Of a stretch of 43,231 nucleotides of DNA, positions 8,214-18,089 are shown in pieces. The stretch lies in the sequence record DRR723986_3159; one strand, written 5' to 3'. The notes beneath the pieces are model-generated. The model saw only the letters and a program-made list of their open reading frames with translations. It was not told where the DNA came from and ran no database searches. Numbering within the stretch: the stretch's first letter is position 1; the number at the start of each line of letters is the position of its first letter. The translations under genes and the position numbers were made by a program.

Positions 8214-8986
8214 GCATCTTCTTTCACGCGCGTGCGGGCAAGCCAGCCGGCGATGTCCGCCGCGACCTGATCCGTACCCGGCTCATCGACAATCCAGTGC
8301 CCATTCTTCGGATATTCCATGAAGTCTCCGGCCACCGCCGCGTTCTTGTACTTTTCGCCCACCTTGCGAACCGCCGAGGCCAGCGTCGCGCGGTCCTTTC
8401 CGGCGGCGATCGTCAGTGTGGGGATTTTGATCTTCGATTCATCGATCTCGACGCCATCGGTCAGATCGCCATAGACCTTGCCGGAATCGTAGAGCGCATG
8501 GGAATAGATCTCTTCCCGGAGGCGCTTCGGCACGCAATTGGTAACGCCGAAATCGAAACCCGTCCGCCAGACCTTGTAGGACTTCTTGCGGTTCTGCTGG
8601 ATCAGGATGTTCAGGAAGGTAATCGCCACGCTCGGCCCGATCACGGCGCAGCCTTTTGGCTGGGCGGGCGTCAGGAAAACCGCCTGGGACACGTCCCCTT
8701 TCTCCGCCAGCACCTGCGCGATCAGGCCGCCCATGGAATGGCCGATCACGGCGGGCTTCTCACCGGTCGCCTTTTCAATCTCATGCGCCTTTTTCGACAT
8801 TGCAGAGATGTAGTCATCAATGCCAAGCTCGCTGAGCGAGGCAGGCGGGTTCTCTTTTACGCGTCTGGCCGGAAACAGGGTCGGCGTCTCGCAGGTCCAC
8901 CCGTCGGCTTCGAAGAAGGGGATCATCCGGTCCCACACATCGCCGCCGCATCCGACACCATGAATCATCAGCAGGGTCTTCACCAT
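8210..8986 (-). CDS. Alpha/beta hydrolase
   Basis: LLMIHG, GHSMGG nucleophile elbow, GKD, GHW; start reassigned to ATG 8986 behind GGGGAG. Confidence 0.88.
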   Translation of the reverse strand: MVKTLLMIHGVGCGGDVWDRMIPFFEADGWTCETPTLFPARRVKENPPASLSELGIDDYISAMSKKAHEIEKATGEKPAVIGHSMGGLIAQVLAEKGDVSQAVFLTPAQPKGCAVIGPSVAITFLNILIQQNRKKSYKVWRTGFDFGVTNCVPKRLREEIYSHALYDSGKVYGDLTDGVEIDESKIKIPTLTIAAGKDRATLASAVRKVGEKYKNAAVAGDFMEYPKNGHWIVDEPGTDQVAADIAGWLARTRVKEDA

Positions 8987-9009
8987 GCCCCGTCTCCCCT
9001 CTTTCGGGT

Positions 9010-9525
9010 TCAGCCCTGTGGTACCTTGCCGGCGAGGACCGGCTCCGTCCAGCGCACGAAGCGTGTCGCCACTTCCGCATAGACCGCCCGCTTGAACGGC
9101 ACCACCAGCGAAGGCGTCTCTTCGAGCCTGGCCCAGCGCCACGCATCGAATTCGGGCGTGTGCCGGTCCAGCCGCACATCGCTGTCAGAGCCCTTGAAGC
9201 GGAAAGCGAACCATTTCTGCCGCTGGCCAAGATAAGGCCCCGGGAGGCGTTTCTTCAGGTCCGGCGGGAAATCGTAATACAGCCAGTCTTCGGTTTCCTC
9301 CAGCGTATCGACCAGCTTGGCCGGAACGCCGACCTCTTCTTCCAGCTCCCTCAGCGCTGCGACGTCGGGCGCTTCGCCCTTGTCCACGCCGCCTTGCGGC
9401 ATCTGCCACTGGAAGGATCCGCGCCCATTGATACGACGGCCAATGAAGACGTGCCCGGCCTTCGAAAAGAGGGCCAGGCCGACATTCGCGCGATAGCGTT
9501 CGGGATCTTGCTTAACTTGTGTCAC
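9010..9525 (-). CDS. rppH: RNA pyrophosphohydrolase (Nudix)
   Basis: YRANVG, WQMPQGGVD, ALRELEEEVG Nudix box, GQRQKWF, VVPFKRAVY. Confidence 0.95.
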   Translation of the reverse strand: MTQVKQDPERYRANVGLALFSKAGHVFIGRRINGRGSFQWQMPQGGVDKGEAPDVAALRELEEEVGVPAKLVDTLEETEDWLYYDFPPDLKKRLPGPYLGQRQKWFAFRFKGSDSDVRLDRHTPEFDAWRWARLEETPSLVVPFKRAVYAEVATRFVRWTEPVLAGKVPQG

Positions 9526-10841
9526 CCGTGGGGATTTACAGGAGCCGGCTCAAGACTGCCAGTGCGCACCGTATCATCGGCGGGATTTTCTGCCTTTGCG
9601 GACTTCGCCGCCAGCGCGGAAGCCGGCGCCAGGACTATGCCCTTCTGCTCAAGGCTTGCCGTCCAGGTTTTCACCATCTCGATCGTGATCGGGAACGCAT
9701 AGCCCGCACCAAGGGCAGCGCCATGCTCCAGCGCCTGGCTTTCCAGTTCCATGAATTCGGACGAGATGTCCTCAGCCGACAGTTTCGCGTCGATCGCCGA
9801 ATCCGCACGCACATAGCGCAGGCCTGTTTCGCCGCTGAGCTGCTGCATGTGCGCGGCATCGAGGCTGCCATCGTCGATGAAGGCGAGGCCACGGTCCGAC
9901 ACGGCCTTCAGGACCGGCTTCATGGCGGCATCATCATCACCGATCTTTGAGCCCTGCGAATTGATCAGGCCGAAATAGCCCGTGGAACGGCTGAGAATCC
10001 GATCGAGACGGGCCTGATTGCGCGCTTCATTGTCGCTGGCCAAAAGGGTCAGCGGATGCATTTTCATCCGGCCATAATCATAGGCTTCCATCGGCGTTTC
10101 GATCAGCACTTCATGGCCAGCCGCCCGGGCGCGGTTGATCCATGTCTGAAGGCTGGTCGCATCCGGCGCGAAGGACAGGGTCACTTCCGGCGGCAATTCG
10201 TCGATGGCGGATTTGGTATGCGTCGCATTGATGCCGAGTCCGCCGACCACAATCGCAACAACCGGTTTGTTACCCGGATTGATAAACGGCCGCGCATAGG
10301 CATCTGCCGGGACGCGGCCATCCGGGGAAATGCGCGGCAGGGTCATGCCGTTCAGGCGTTCGGTCATGCCCGCAATCGGTGCGCGGTCCAGTGAAACGAT
10401 GCTGGTGACATCGCCATAGGATTCGCCGGGCTTCACCAGCTTGCCATTGATGCGCACGCCCGCCGTTTCGGCATCCCCTTCCCCGACCGGCGCGCCGTCC
10501 GCAGACGCAACGCGCATGTTATCGGGCGACTCGACGCCAAGATCGGGACCATAATCCGGCAGGTCGCCGGATCCGTCCATGTCACTATAGTCCGGCGTTT
10601 CGATGGCCAGGCTTGCCGTGGCGATGTTCGTTTTCAAACGGGTTTTCAGCGGCGGGGCAGCAGTATCATGCGTGTCGAACAGGGCCAGTGTCTGCTTCGG
10701 GCTCGCTTCGGACGGATCGCCCATCAGGATAATGGCGGCGCCCAGCGCACCTGCAATTCCGCCAAACACCAACAGGCTGAGACCCGTATGCACAGCGCCT
10801 GCGCGCAGCGGTGATGGCTCAGCATCCCGGCGATTTGCCAT
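9522..10841 (-). CDS. Divergent polysaccharide deacetylase family protein
   Basis: N-terminal TM segment; AIVVGGLG, LPPEVTLSF, ARAAGHEVLIETPME; usual position between ctpA and rppH. Confidence 0.88.
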   Translation of the reverse strand: MANRRDAEPSPLRAGAVHTGLSLLVFGGIAGALGAAIILMGDPSEASPKQTLALFDTHDTAAPPLKTRLKTNIATASLAIETPDYSDMDGSGDLPDYGPDLGVESPDNMRVASADGAPVGEGDAETAGVRINGKLVKPGESYGDVTSIVSLDRAPIAGMTERLNGMTLPRISPDGRVPADAYARPFINPGNKPVVAIVVGGLGINATHTKSAIDELPPEVTLSFAPDATSLQTWINRARAAGHEVLIETPMEAYDYGRMKMHPLTLLASDNEARNQARLDRILSRSTGYFGLINSQGSKIGDDDAAMKPVLKAVSDRGLAFIDDGSLDAAHMQQLSGETGLRYVRADSAIDAKLSAEDISSEFMELESQALEHGAALGAGYAFPITIEMVKTWTASLEQKGIVLAPASALAAKSAKAENPADDTVRTGSLEPAPVNPHG

Positions 10842-10899
10842 GTGGCAACCTCGTAATCCAATCTAGTCGACTCTGAACGACCAGAATTGCATCATTCCG

Positions 10900-10926
10900 G
10901 TTAACAGGTTGCAAACGAAGGTTAAC
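10900..10926. promoter_or_regulatory. Two overlapping CtrA-like sites
   Basis: GCAA-N7-TTAAC on + (10911-10926) and TTTG-N7-TTAAC on - (10915-10900), each with two mismatches to TTAA-N7-TTAAC. Confidence 0.35.
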
Positions 10927-10935
10927 CGATTGCTG

Positions 10936-12267
10936 TTATCCGGCCCGCTTCAGGCCGGTGCTGGCGGTAATGGCGCCGTCCTTCAGCATCTGCTTTGCGC
11001 GGTCCAGCTGGAAGTCATCGCCCTTGTAATCTTCAGGCGGTTGCTCATCCGGCATGGCAAGGGCGCGGCGCTCGCCGCCTTCCTCATTTTGCAGCGCATG
11101 CGGCAGGTCTGCTTCGGAGAAGCGCTTGATCTTCGCAAGCTCTTCCTCGGTCAGGCGGGCCTGAGAGATCGTGACATCCGGCTCGATCCCCAGCGCCTGA
11201 ATCGAATGACCGGACGGGGTGTAGTAACGCGCCGTGGTCAGGCGTAACGCGCCGCGGTCCGCCCCCAGCGGGATAACTGTCTGGACCGAGCCCTTGCCGA
11301 AACTGGTCGTGCCGACGATGGTTGCGCGGCGGCGGTCCTGCAGGGCGCCGGCCACGATTTCGGACGCAGAGGCAGACCCGCCATTGATCAGCACGATCAT
11401 CGGCACGCCTTTGAACACTTCGCCATTGTGCGCCATGTAGCTTTCCATATCGACCGAGCGGCGCCCCTGCGTGGAGACGACTTCGCCGCCCGACAGGAAC
11501 ACGTCGCTGACCGACACGGCCTGATCCAGCAGACCGCCGCCATTGTTGCGAAGGTCCAGGATAATGCCACGCGGCCGGCCGCCGGTTTCTTCGGAAATGC
11601 CGTTCACGGCCGCTTCCAGCAGCGGCGTGGTGCGTTCGTTGAAAGTCGAAACACGGATGTAGCCGATGTCGTCGTCATCGAGTTTCCAGGTCACGGACTT
11701 CTGCTCGATCACTTCGCGGATCAGTGTCACATCGAACGGGTCTTCCCCTTCGCGCAGGACCGTGATCTCGAGCGGGGTGCCCTTCTCACCGCGCATCTGC
11801 TTGACGGCTTCATTGAGCGTCATGCCAATGATCGGCTGGCTGTCGATGGCGGTGATCAGGTCGCCGGGCTGCAGGCCGGCCCGGCTCGCCGGCGTGTCGT
11901 CCATCGGCGAGATGACCTTCACGAAGCCATCTTCCATCATCACTTCGATACCAAGGCCGCCATATTCGCCAGAGGTCTGCACCTGCATGGACTTGAAGTC
12001 TTCGGCATTGAGATAGCCCGAATGCGGGTCCAGTGAGGTCAGCATGCCGTTGATGGCGGCTTCCATCGCTTCGGGCTCGTCGATTTCGGTCACATAGTCC
12101 TGGCGGGCGCGGGCGAGGATTTCGGCAAAAAGTTCGAGTTGCTGGTAGGTAACGGTGCGCGGATCGCTTTGCGGCGCGGGTTCCTGAGGAGCGGCAATGG
12201 CGGACAGACCGACGGCGGTTGCTCCGAGTATCAAACCTACCCCGGTGCCAATCAGCAATGAACGCAT
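10936..12267 (-). CDS. ctpA: Carboxy-terminal processing protease, S41 family
   Basis: LDPHS, GLGIEV (PDZ), LDLRNNGGGLL, SASASEIVAGALQD, SFGKGSVQ. Confidence 0.95.
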   Translation of the reverse strand: MRSLLIGTGVGLILGATAVGLSAIAAPQEPAPQSDPRTVTYQQLELFAEILARARQDYVTEIDEPEAMEAAINGMLTSLDPHSGYLNAEDFKSMQVQTSGEYGGLGIEVMMEDGFVKVISPMDDTPASRAGLQPGDLITAIDSQPIIGMTLNEAVKQMRGEKGTPLEITVLREGEDPFDVTLIREVIEQKSVTWKLDDDDIGYIRVSTFNERTTPLLEAAVNGISEETGGRPRGIILDLRNNGGGLLDQAVSVSDVFLSGGEVVSTQGRRSVDMESYMAHNGEVFKGVPMIVLINGGSASASEIVAGALQDRRRATIVGTTSFGKGSVQTVIPLGADRGALRLTTARYYTPSGHSIQALGIEPDVTISQARLTEEELAKIKRFSEADLPHALQNEEGGERRALAMPDEQPPEDYKGDDFQLDRAKQMLKDGAITASTGLKRAG

Positions 12268-12294
12268 GTTCCAAACCTCTCCTCTTACGCGACC

Positions 12295-13530
12295 TTATCC
12301 ACGGCGCGGTAACCAGTCTGCCGGATTCATCACCGTATCGCCAAGTCTCAATTCCATATTGAGTTCCGGAGGCGGGTCAGAACGGTCCGGCATGCGGCCA
12401 ACTGGCTCGCCCGTGGCAACATTTTGGCCTTCGGTGACGTAAATTCGGCTCATCCCGGAAAGGATAACATGGTATCCGTCACTCGTCCGCAAAATTAGCA
12501 TCATGCCGTAGGAGCGGAACGGGCGGGCATATTCCACCACGCCGGAGATCGGCGCGGTGACCTGCGCCTCGCTCCGCGTTGAAAACGTGACCCATTCCGC
12601 CTTTCCGCCCGCGGGAAGCCTGTCGCCGAAGGAATGCAGCACATTGCCCGCGACAGGCTGTTGCAGCGCGCCGAGAGCGGCCTTGCCAAGCGGCCGGGTG
12701 GACGGGGAAATCGGCTTCGGTTTCGGCGAACTCGGCGAGGCTGCCACCAGCCGCGGCCGGAGCGCCGGTTTCACACCCGGCGCCGACGGAGCGGCAGATT
12801 CGAGTGCGCTCAGCAGGCCGCGCAGTGTATCCGCCTGCGCGCCCAGTTCCGCCGTGCGGGATCTCAGCCGCGCAATGTCGCCAGACAGGTCTTCAAAGGC
12901 GCCCCGCTTGGCGGCGGCGAGGCGTTCGATCTCCACCTGTTTCAGCGCAAGCGTCGCCTCAGCGGCCTCCAGACGGGCCTTTTCGCCGCGAATCCGGCGT
13001 TCCAGCGCATTCAACTCATCGATTTCAGCGCGCACGGTTTCCGTTCGGGCCGCCAGGCGCGGCGTCGTTTCGCTCATCAGGATGGCTCGGCGCACAGCCG
13101 TGTTCGCCTTACCAGGCGATATGACCAGCGCCGGTGGCTTGCGCCGGTTCGAGGCCGCAAGTGCTGCGAGAAGGTCTTCGAGCGCCTGCTGATCCTCCAG
13201 CAGGCGCATCTGGGCGGTGATGCGCCGCGTACCGAGATCGGCAAGGCTCTTTTCCGCTTCCGCAGCCTGCTCTTCGCGCCGGCGCGTTTCCATCGCCGCA
13301 GCGATCAGCTCCGCATCGACATTGTCGATGTCTTTCCGGGCATCCTCGCCGCTGGCCTGCAGCGCGGCGAGTTTCTGCTCGGCCACCCGCTTTTCCGACT
13401 CCAGCGCTTCCAGCTCCTCACGCGAGAATGTGTCCGGCGCAGCCGCTGCCAGCAGCAACAGCGAGACCGCCGGTGCCATGGCCCGGAAAACACGGGCGCC
13501 GAAGCTGTATGCGCGGGAATCGGGCATCAT
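12295..13530 (-). CDS. envC: Murein hydrolase activator EnvC-like (coiled coil plus degenerate M23 domain)
   Basis: Long coiled coil and C-terminal LytM-like domain lacking Zn ligands; lies upstream of ctpA; start uncertain. Confidence 0.8.
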   Translation of the reverse strand: MMPDSRAYSFGARVFRAMAPAVSLLLLAAAAPDTFSREELEALESEKRVAEQKLAALQASGEDARKDIDNVDAELIAAAMETRRREEQAAEAEKSLADLGTRRITAQMRLLEDQQALEDLLAALAASNRRKPPALVISPGKANTAVRRAILMSETTPRLAARTETVRAEIDELNALERRIRGEKARLEAAEATLALKQVEIERLAAAKRGAFEDLSGDIARLRSRTAELGAQADTLRGLLSALESAAPSAPGVKPALRPRLVAASPSSPKPKPISPSTRPLGKAALGALQQPVAGNVLHSFGDRLPAGGKAEWVTFSTRSEAQVTAPISGVVEYARPFRSYGMMLILRTSDGYHVILSGMSRIYVTEGQNVATGEPVGRMPDRSDPPPELNMELRLGDTVMNPADWLPRRG

Positions 13531-13565
13531 CCGGCCAGTCTTGCCGAAAGATCATGACCTGCACA

Positions 13566-14096
13566 TTAACCAATCGGAGCCAGCAGTCTTTCAAGTGCGG
13601 AAATCTCGTCCCGGATGAGGGCGAGGATCACCCCATGCCCTTCCACGGGAAAGGAGGGGTGGGTCAGGCAGATCTGTTGCAAAACGCGCAGGACAGAACG
13701 GAACGTACCGTTCACTTCCGGGATTTTCGCCCCATCCGGGCCGTGCAGCACGCTATTACGCGCAGCAACGACCGTTTCGATATCCCGCACCACGCGTCCG
13801 GGCAGTTCCAGCAATTCCGGTGGATTGAGATACTTCGTTGACCGGGCCCGGCGCAGCAAAAGCGCGATCGGGGCAAACCGGTCCGGTTGGGCGGGGTCTG
13901 TGACGTCCCCCTCCCCTGCACTTTCATAGCCGGAAAGGGCCGCAACCAGACCGGCCTGAAGCGCCGAGACGAGCGCAACAGGCACCCACCGGCAACGGGG
14001 CGGATCGGTCTGGCTCCCGGCAAGTTCCCGCCGGGCCAGCTTCAGCCCTTCCAGCACCGCTAAAAGGGCCGGGCCGATCCGCTCGCGCGGCGCCAT
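13566..14096 (-). CDS. Hypothetical protein
   Basis: 176-aa ORF filling the gap between co-oriented genes; no family recognised. Confidence 0.6.
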   Translation of the reverse strand: MAPRERIGPALLAVLEGLKLARRELAGSQTDPPRCRWVPVALVSALQAGLVAALSGYESAGEGDVTDPAQPDRFAPIALLLRRARSTKYLNPPELLELPGRVVRDIETVVAARNSVLHGPDGAKIPEVNGTFRSVLRVLQQICLTHPSFPVEGHGVILALIRDEISALERLLAPIG

Positions 14097-14102
14097 GGAC
14101 GA

Positions 14103-15533
14103 CTATTCTTCGGTTTCGGCCGGCTTGCGGAAATCCCAGCCGGCATCTGCCGCGATATAGGCGAAGGCCGCATAGACGCTGACATTCTGGCGGAAGGCAT
14201 CCGGATCGATCTTGTCGAACGTGTCGTCCGGCGTGTGGTGGTAGTCGAAATAGTCCCAGCCATCCTGCGCGGGGGTCACGACCGGCACACCGGAGCGGGC
14301 GAGCACGCCGATATCGGGACCGCCGCCTGCCAGATTGTCCCCCGGTGCCACGCCATACCGCGCAAGAACGCCCTGGATCTTCTTGGCATAGTCCAGCGCC
14401 CCATCGCCGAACTTCGTCTGGAACTGCCAGATATAACTCGCGCCATGATCGCTTTCAGCGGCGAGGACATGCTTGTCCAGCTCATCCGCATGCTGACGGG
14501 CATAGGCATCACCGCCGAACAGGCCGATCTCTTCAGACCCGTAAAGCACGACGCGGATCGTCCGGTCCGGCTTGCCGGGCAGCTGGTCGATCAGCTTGGC
14601 GGCGCCGACAACGATGCCGCAACCGGCCCCGTCATCGATGGCGCCGGTGCCAAGGTCCCAGGAATCGAGATGGCAGCTGATCAGGACAATCTCGTCCTTG
14701 TTCGCGCCGCCCTCGACTTCCGCGATGACATTTCCGGAAGGCGCGGCATCCGCCGTCTCGACACCGATGTCGAGATTGACGGTCACCGGGCCACGCTCCA
14801 GCAGGCGGGCCAGCTGGTCGGCATCCGGGGCAGACAGGGCCGCTGCCGGGATTGGGCCCATCGGTTTTGCCACGCCGTCCGGGCCGCGCCGGTCAATCCC
14901 GCCCGTATGAGGACGGCGGAAATGGTCTGTCCCGACAGAGCGGATCAGGCACGCCACTGCGCCTTTTGCGACCGCCGCTTTCGGACAGGCTGCGCGTTTC
15001 GCAACGGCCAGGCCGTAACCAGCGCCCGTCTGGGTACGGGTCATGTATTCGTCGATGAAGACGATCTTTCCGGCAACGTCCGCGTCATCCGCGGCCAGCA
15101 TGTCGACCAGGAGCTCGAACCGGACAATATCAGCTTCCAGCCCGCCTTTCGGTGTCGGTGCACTGCCGCCGAGCGCCGTGATGATGAGCGGCTGGGCGCT
15201 GGCCCCGACCACGCGTGCGGTCTCATGTGTGCGCTTCCAGTAAGGCACGGTGAAGTCTTCGACACGGACATTCGAGAAGCCCATTCCGGTGAGCTCCGCG
15301 ACGGCCCAGTCGCGCGCACGTTTCTCATCCGGAGACCCGGCAAGGCGCGGGCCGATCTCGGTCGTCAGGTCCTCGACGAATTGCAGGCCGACATTGTCCC
15401 ACGTGCCAGCGTTTGCCAGTGATGTGGCGGTTTCCAGGACCTGCGCCTCGCGGTCGGCAGTCTCCTCGGCGGTCGCGACAAATGTCTGGCTGGCGGCGAG
15501 CGCCGCGAGGGCGGCAAAGGCGATCAGTCTCAT
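14103..15533 (-). CDS. M28 family metallopeptidase (carboxypeptidase Q-like), secreted
   Basis: Signal peptide; IGPRLAGS, CHLDSWDLGTGAIDDGAG, GSEEIGL, ESD, YHHTPDDT. Confidence 0.92.
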   Translation of the reverse strand: MRLIAFAALAALAASQTFVATAEETADREAQVLETATSLANAGTWDNVGLQFVEDLTTEIGPRLAGSPDEKRARDWAVAELTGMGFSNVRVEDFTVPYWKRTHETARVVGASAQPLIITALGGSAPTPKGGLEADIVRFELLVDMLAADDADVAGKIVFIDEYMTRTQTGAGYGLAVAKRAACPKAAVAKGAVACLIRSVGTDHFRRPHTGGIDRRGPDGVAKPMGPIPAAALSAPDADQLARLLERGPVTVNLDIGVETADAAPSGNVIAEVEGGANKDEIVLISCHLDSWDLGTGAIDDGAGCGIVVGAAKLIDQLPGKPDRTIRVVLYGSEEIGLFGGDAYARQHADELDKHVLAAESDHGASYIWQFQTKFGDGALDYAKKIQGVLARYGVAPGDNLAGGGPDIGVLARSGVPVVTPAQDGWDYFDYHHTPDDTFDKIDPDAFRQNVSVYAAFAYIAADAGWDFRKPAETEE

Positions 15534-15603
15534 CAGGTCTCTCCGGAATGGCTTGCGCGGACGCTAGGCCATTCCGGTGAGACTTGGAACCCGTTGCGGA
15601 GGA

Positions 15604-16221
15604 TCAGAGCGCCGCGGCGAGTTCCATGATCGCATCGACGGCCGGACGGTCCTTGTAGCCTTCTTCCCGCACGACGGCCTTCACCGTGCCATCGGCCGCG
15701 ATGAAGATGATGGCCGGATGCGGAATACCGTCATAGCGCGAACCCGCCGGGACATCCGGATTGCGCAGGTCGAACGCGTCGATGGCGGCGGACCCGGCAT
15801 CAGAATAGAGGCCATATGGCAGGTCCTTCGCAGCTTTGAAGTCTGCGAGGGTTTCGGGTGGATCATAGGACACGCCGATCAGCGTCCAGCCATCATCGGC
15901 CAGCAGGACGGCCGCTTCTTTCAGGTCGATCAGTTGCTTCTTGCAGTAGGGGCACCAGTCGGCAGACCGGAAAAAGGCGACGACCGTGCCCTTCTCCCCC
16001 GCCAGATCGGTGAAGCGAACCTCCCCTTCCGGTCCGGTGACAGAGACCGCCGGCGCCGGCTGGCCAACGACGGGGCCGACGCGCATCTCCTCGGCCATGG
16101 CCGCGCGTTCTGCTTCGGCGGATTTTGCCGCCATCTGGGCATCGGAGGTTTCCTGCGCGGTGGCCGCAGCCGGCAGGAGCGCGAGGATTGAAGCGAGGGA
16201 GGCAGTGCGGATCATGGACAT
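15604..16221 (-). CDS. Exported peroxiredoxin-like (AhpC/TSA) protein
   Basis: Signal peptide; GQPAP, FFRSADWCPYC, GVSYD, PHPA; start placed at ATG 16221 behind AAGGA. Confidence 0.82.
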   Translation of the reverse strand: MSMIRTASLASILALLPAAATAQETSDAQMAAKSAEAERAAMAEEMRVGPVVGQPAPAVSVTGPEGEVRFTDLAGEKGTVVAFFRSADWCPYCKKQLIDLKEAAVLLADDGWTLIGVSYDPPETLADFKAAKDLPYGLYSDAGSAAIDAFDLRNPDVPAGSRYDGIPHPAIIFIAADGTVKAVVREEGYKDRPAVDAIMELAAAL

Positions 16222-16298
16222 TTCCTTTTCTTGCCCTCCAAGCCCTAACCGGGCCCTGCCTGCCTTGCGATGCACGAGCGCGTGAGCTCACGCAGGCG

Positions 16299-16838
16299 TT
16301 ACCGCCTGGCCCGCCACTCATCGGCGCTCTGGCCGTACACATCCCAGAGGATATCCTCGAAGGGCGCGGGCGCCTGCGCCTCCCGCAGTTTCCGCGCGCC
16401 GAGCCGGGCCGCGACTTTCAGGGACGCCGTGTTCTTTGCGTCGATGCAATGGATCACCTCGTCCCAGCCGAGGATATCGACCGCATAATCGATCGCTGCG
16501 GAGACACCTTCCAGCGCATAGCCCCTGCCCTGCGCCGCTTTGGTCAAACCGTAGGCAATCTCCGTGCCCGGCCAGCCTTCCGGCTGCCAGGGGCCAAGGC
16601 GCCCGATCCAGTCGCCGGTGGACTTCTCGATCACGGAGAACATGGAATAGCCGCGGATCGTCCATGCCCCGGCCAGCGCACAGAGCGAGCGCCAGACGGT
16701 GGATGGCGCCATCACGCCGCCGATGAAGCGGGCCGTTTCCTCATCCGCCATCATGGCGCACATGGGCTCGAAGTCCTCCGCCTGCGGCGGGCGCAGGATC
16801 AGCCGTTCGGTTTCGATGTTCGGGCCGAGGGTGCGCAT
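16299..16838 (-). CDS. GNAT N-acetyltransferase (RimJ/RimL-like)
   Basis: IETERLILRP, EIAYGL..AQGRGYALE, NTASLKVAARLG. Confidence 0.9.
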   Translation of the reverse strand: MRTLGPNIETERLILRPPQAEDFEPMCAMMADEETARFIGGVMAPSTVWRSLCALAGAWTIRGYSMFSVIEKSTGDWIGRLGPWQPEGWPGTEIAYGLTKAAQGRGYALEGVSAAIDYAVDILGWDEVIHCIDAKNTASLKVAARLGARKLREAQAPAPFEDILWDVYGQSADEWRARR

Positions 16839-16903
16839 GGGGCCTGCTCCGCGATGGCGATGAACTTCCGCCGATGTCACCGGATTCTACCCTTGCCGCA
16901 AAG

Positions 16904-16933
16904 AAAAAGCCCCGCCTTTTCGGGCGGGGCTTT
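16904..16933 (-). terminator. Intrinsic terminator downstream of the yccA-like gene
   Basis: AAAGCCCCGCC-ttttcg-GGCGGGGCTTT, with the A-run on + giving the U-tract on -. Confidence 0.8.
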
Positions 16934-16955
16934 CATGTCTCGTGCAATCAATGCC

Positions 16956-17732
16956 CTATCGGCGGGACAGGAGCGACAGGATCGTGACAAAGATGTTGTA
17001 GAACAGGATGAAGAAGTTCAGCGCACCCCAATTCGTCATCACGGCAAGGCCGCGTTCGTCGCCCTCAAAGGCGAAATAGGACCGCTTCAGGTTCTGGGTG
17101 TCGAATGCAACCAGCACGCCCGAAATCGCCAGCACGCCAACCGTGACCGCAGTTTCAAAGAAACCCGACGGCGGGAACAGGAAGCTGAGCAGCGACATGC
17201 CGATAATGCCCCAGAGGGCAAAGATGGCGACGACGCCGATCGGCTGCAGGTCACGCTTGGTCGTGTAGCCGTACAGCGAAAGGGCACCGAAGGCCGTGGC
17301 CGTCAGGAAGAAGGCCTTGGCGATGGTGATGAATGTGGTGCTGTAAACGATGCCCGCGCGGCTGGCCGCTTCGGTGTTCATCGTGGCCATGAGCACCCAG
17401 ACCGACAGGCTGAGGCCGAGCAACGTGACGATTGTCCAGTAGAGTACTGCCGTGCCCAGCGGCGAGGGCCGCTTCATGGCGAAGGCAGAAATCAGGATCA
17501 GCGCAATCGGGCCGAACTGCACAACAAGGCGGAACGGCGAGAACAGCACAAATTCGGTCAGCGCCGGGACGGAGTTGGATCCGACCAGGAATGCCAGGCC
17601 GCCTGCCAGCGCGATGCCGTAAGCGAGCTTCTGATAAACGCCCAGCATGAAGGCACGCAGGCCCTCATTGACCGACATGTCCATCGAGCCTGCGCCGGCG
17701 GACGGCGAATAAGCACGATTGAAATCATTCAT
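16956..17732 (-). CDS. Bax inhibitor-1/YccA family membrane protein
   Basis: GLRAFMLGVY, YGYTTKRDL, AFDTQNLK; multiple TM segments; start at MNDFNR. Confidence 0.92.
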   Translation of the reverse strand: MNDFNRAYSPSAGAGSMDMSVNEGLRAFMLGVYQKLAYGIALAGGLAFLVGSNSVPALTEFVLFSPFRLVVQFGPIALILISAFAMKRPSPLGTAVLYWTIVTLLGLSLSVWVLMATMNTEAASRAGIVYSTTFITIAKAFFLTATAFGALSLYGYTTKRDLQPIGVVAIFALWGIIGMSLLSFLFPPSGFFETAVTVGVLAISGVLVAFDTQNLKRSYFAFEGDERGLAVMTNWGALNFFILFYNIFVTILSLLSRR

Positions 17733-17788
17733 AGGTTTCAAGCCCTTTCTCTTAACCAGGTGGGTGATTTTCCCGGAACATGGGCGAA

Positions 17789-17817
17789 ATATGGGAGGGC
17801 TTGCCCCATTGTGCAAG
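17789..17817 (-). promoter_or_regulatory. Putative sigma32 (RpoH) promoter of the yccA-like gene
   Basis: CTTGCA-16 nt-CCCATAT on the minus strand. Confidence 0.55.
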
Positions 17818-18089
17818 CAAAACCGGACATTCCTTCAGCTTGTTCATGGACCCGGGGCAACCCACTCTGGAAAAACACTTCAAGCAACACGAATTTTTAC
17901 TTGAGGCGGGCATTTCATATACTTCAAATATTCAGATGCCGTGTAAGTATTCGCAAATTATTGGCCCTGTTTTCCGAAGCGAATGCACGCAAATCCGGAA
18001 GTGGATTGACTAACCTATGCTCAGATATAATCTTTGTAATCTGGCGTAGTTCCAGCAGTGGAGCCGTCAATGCACTAGGGGATACAATT

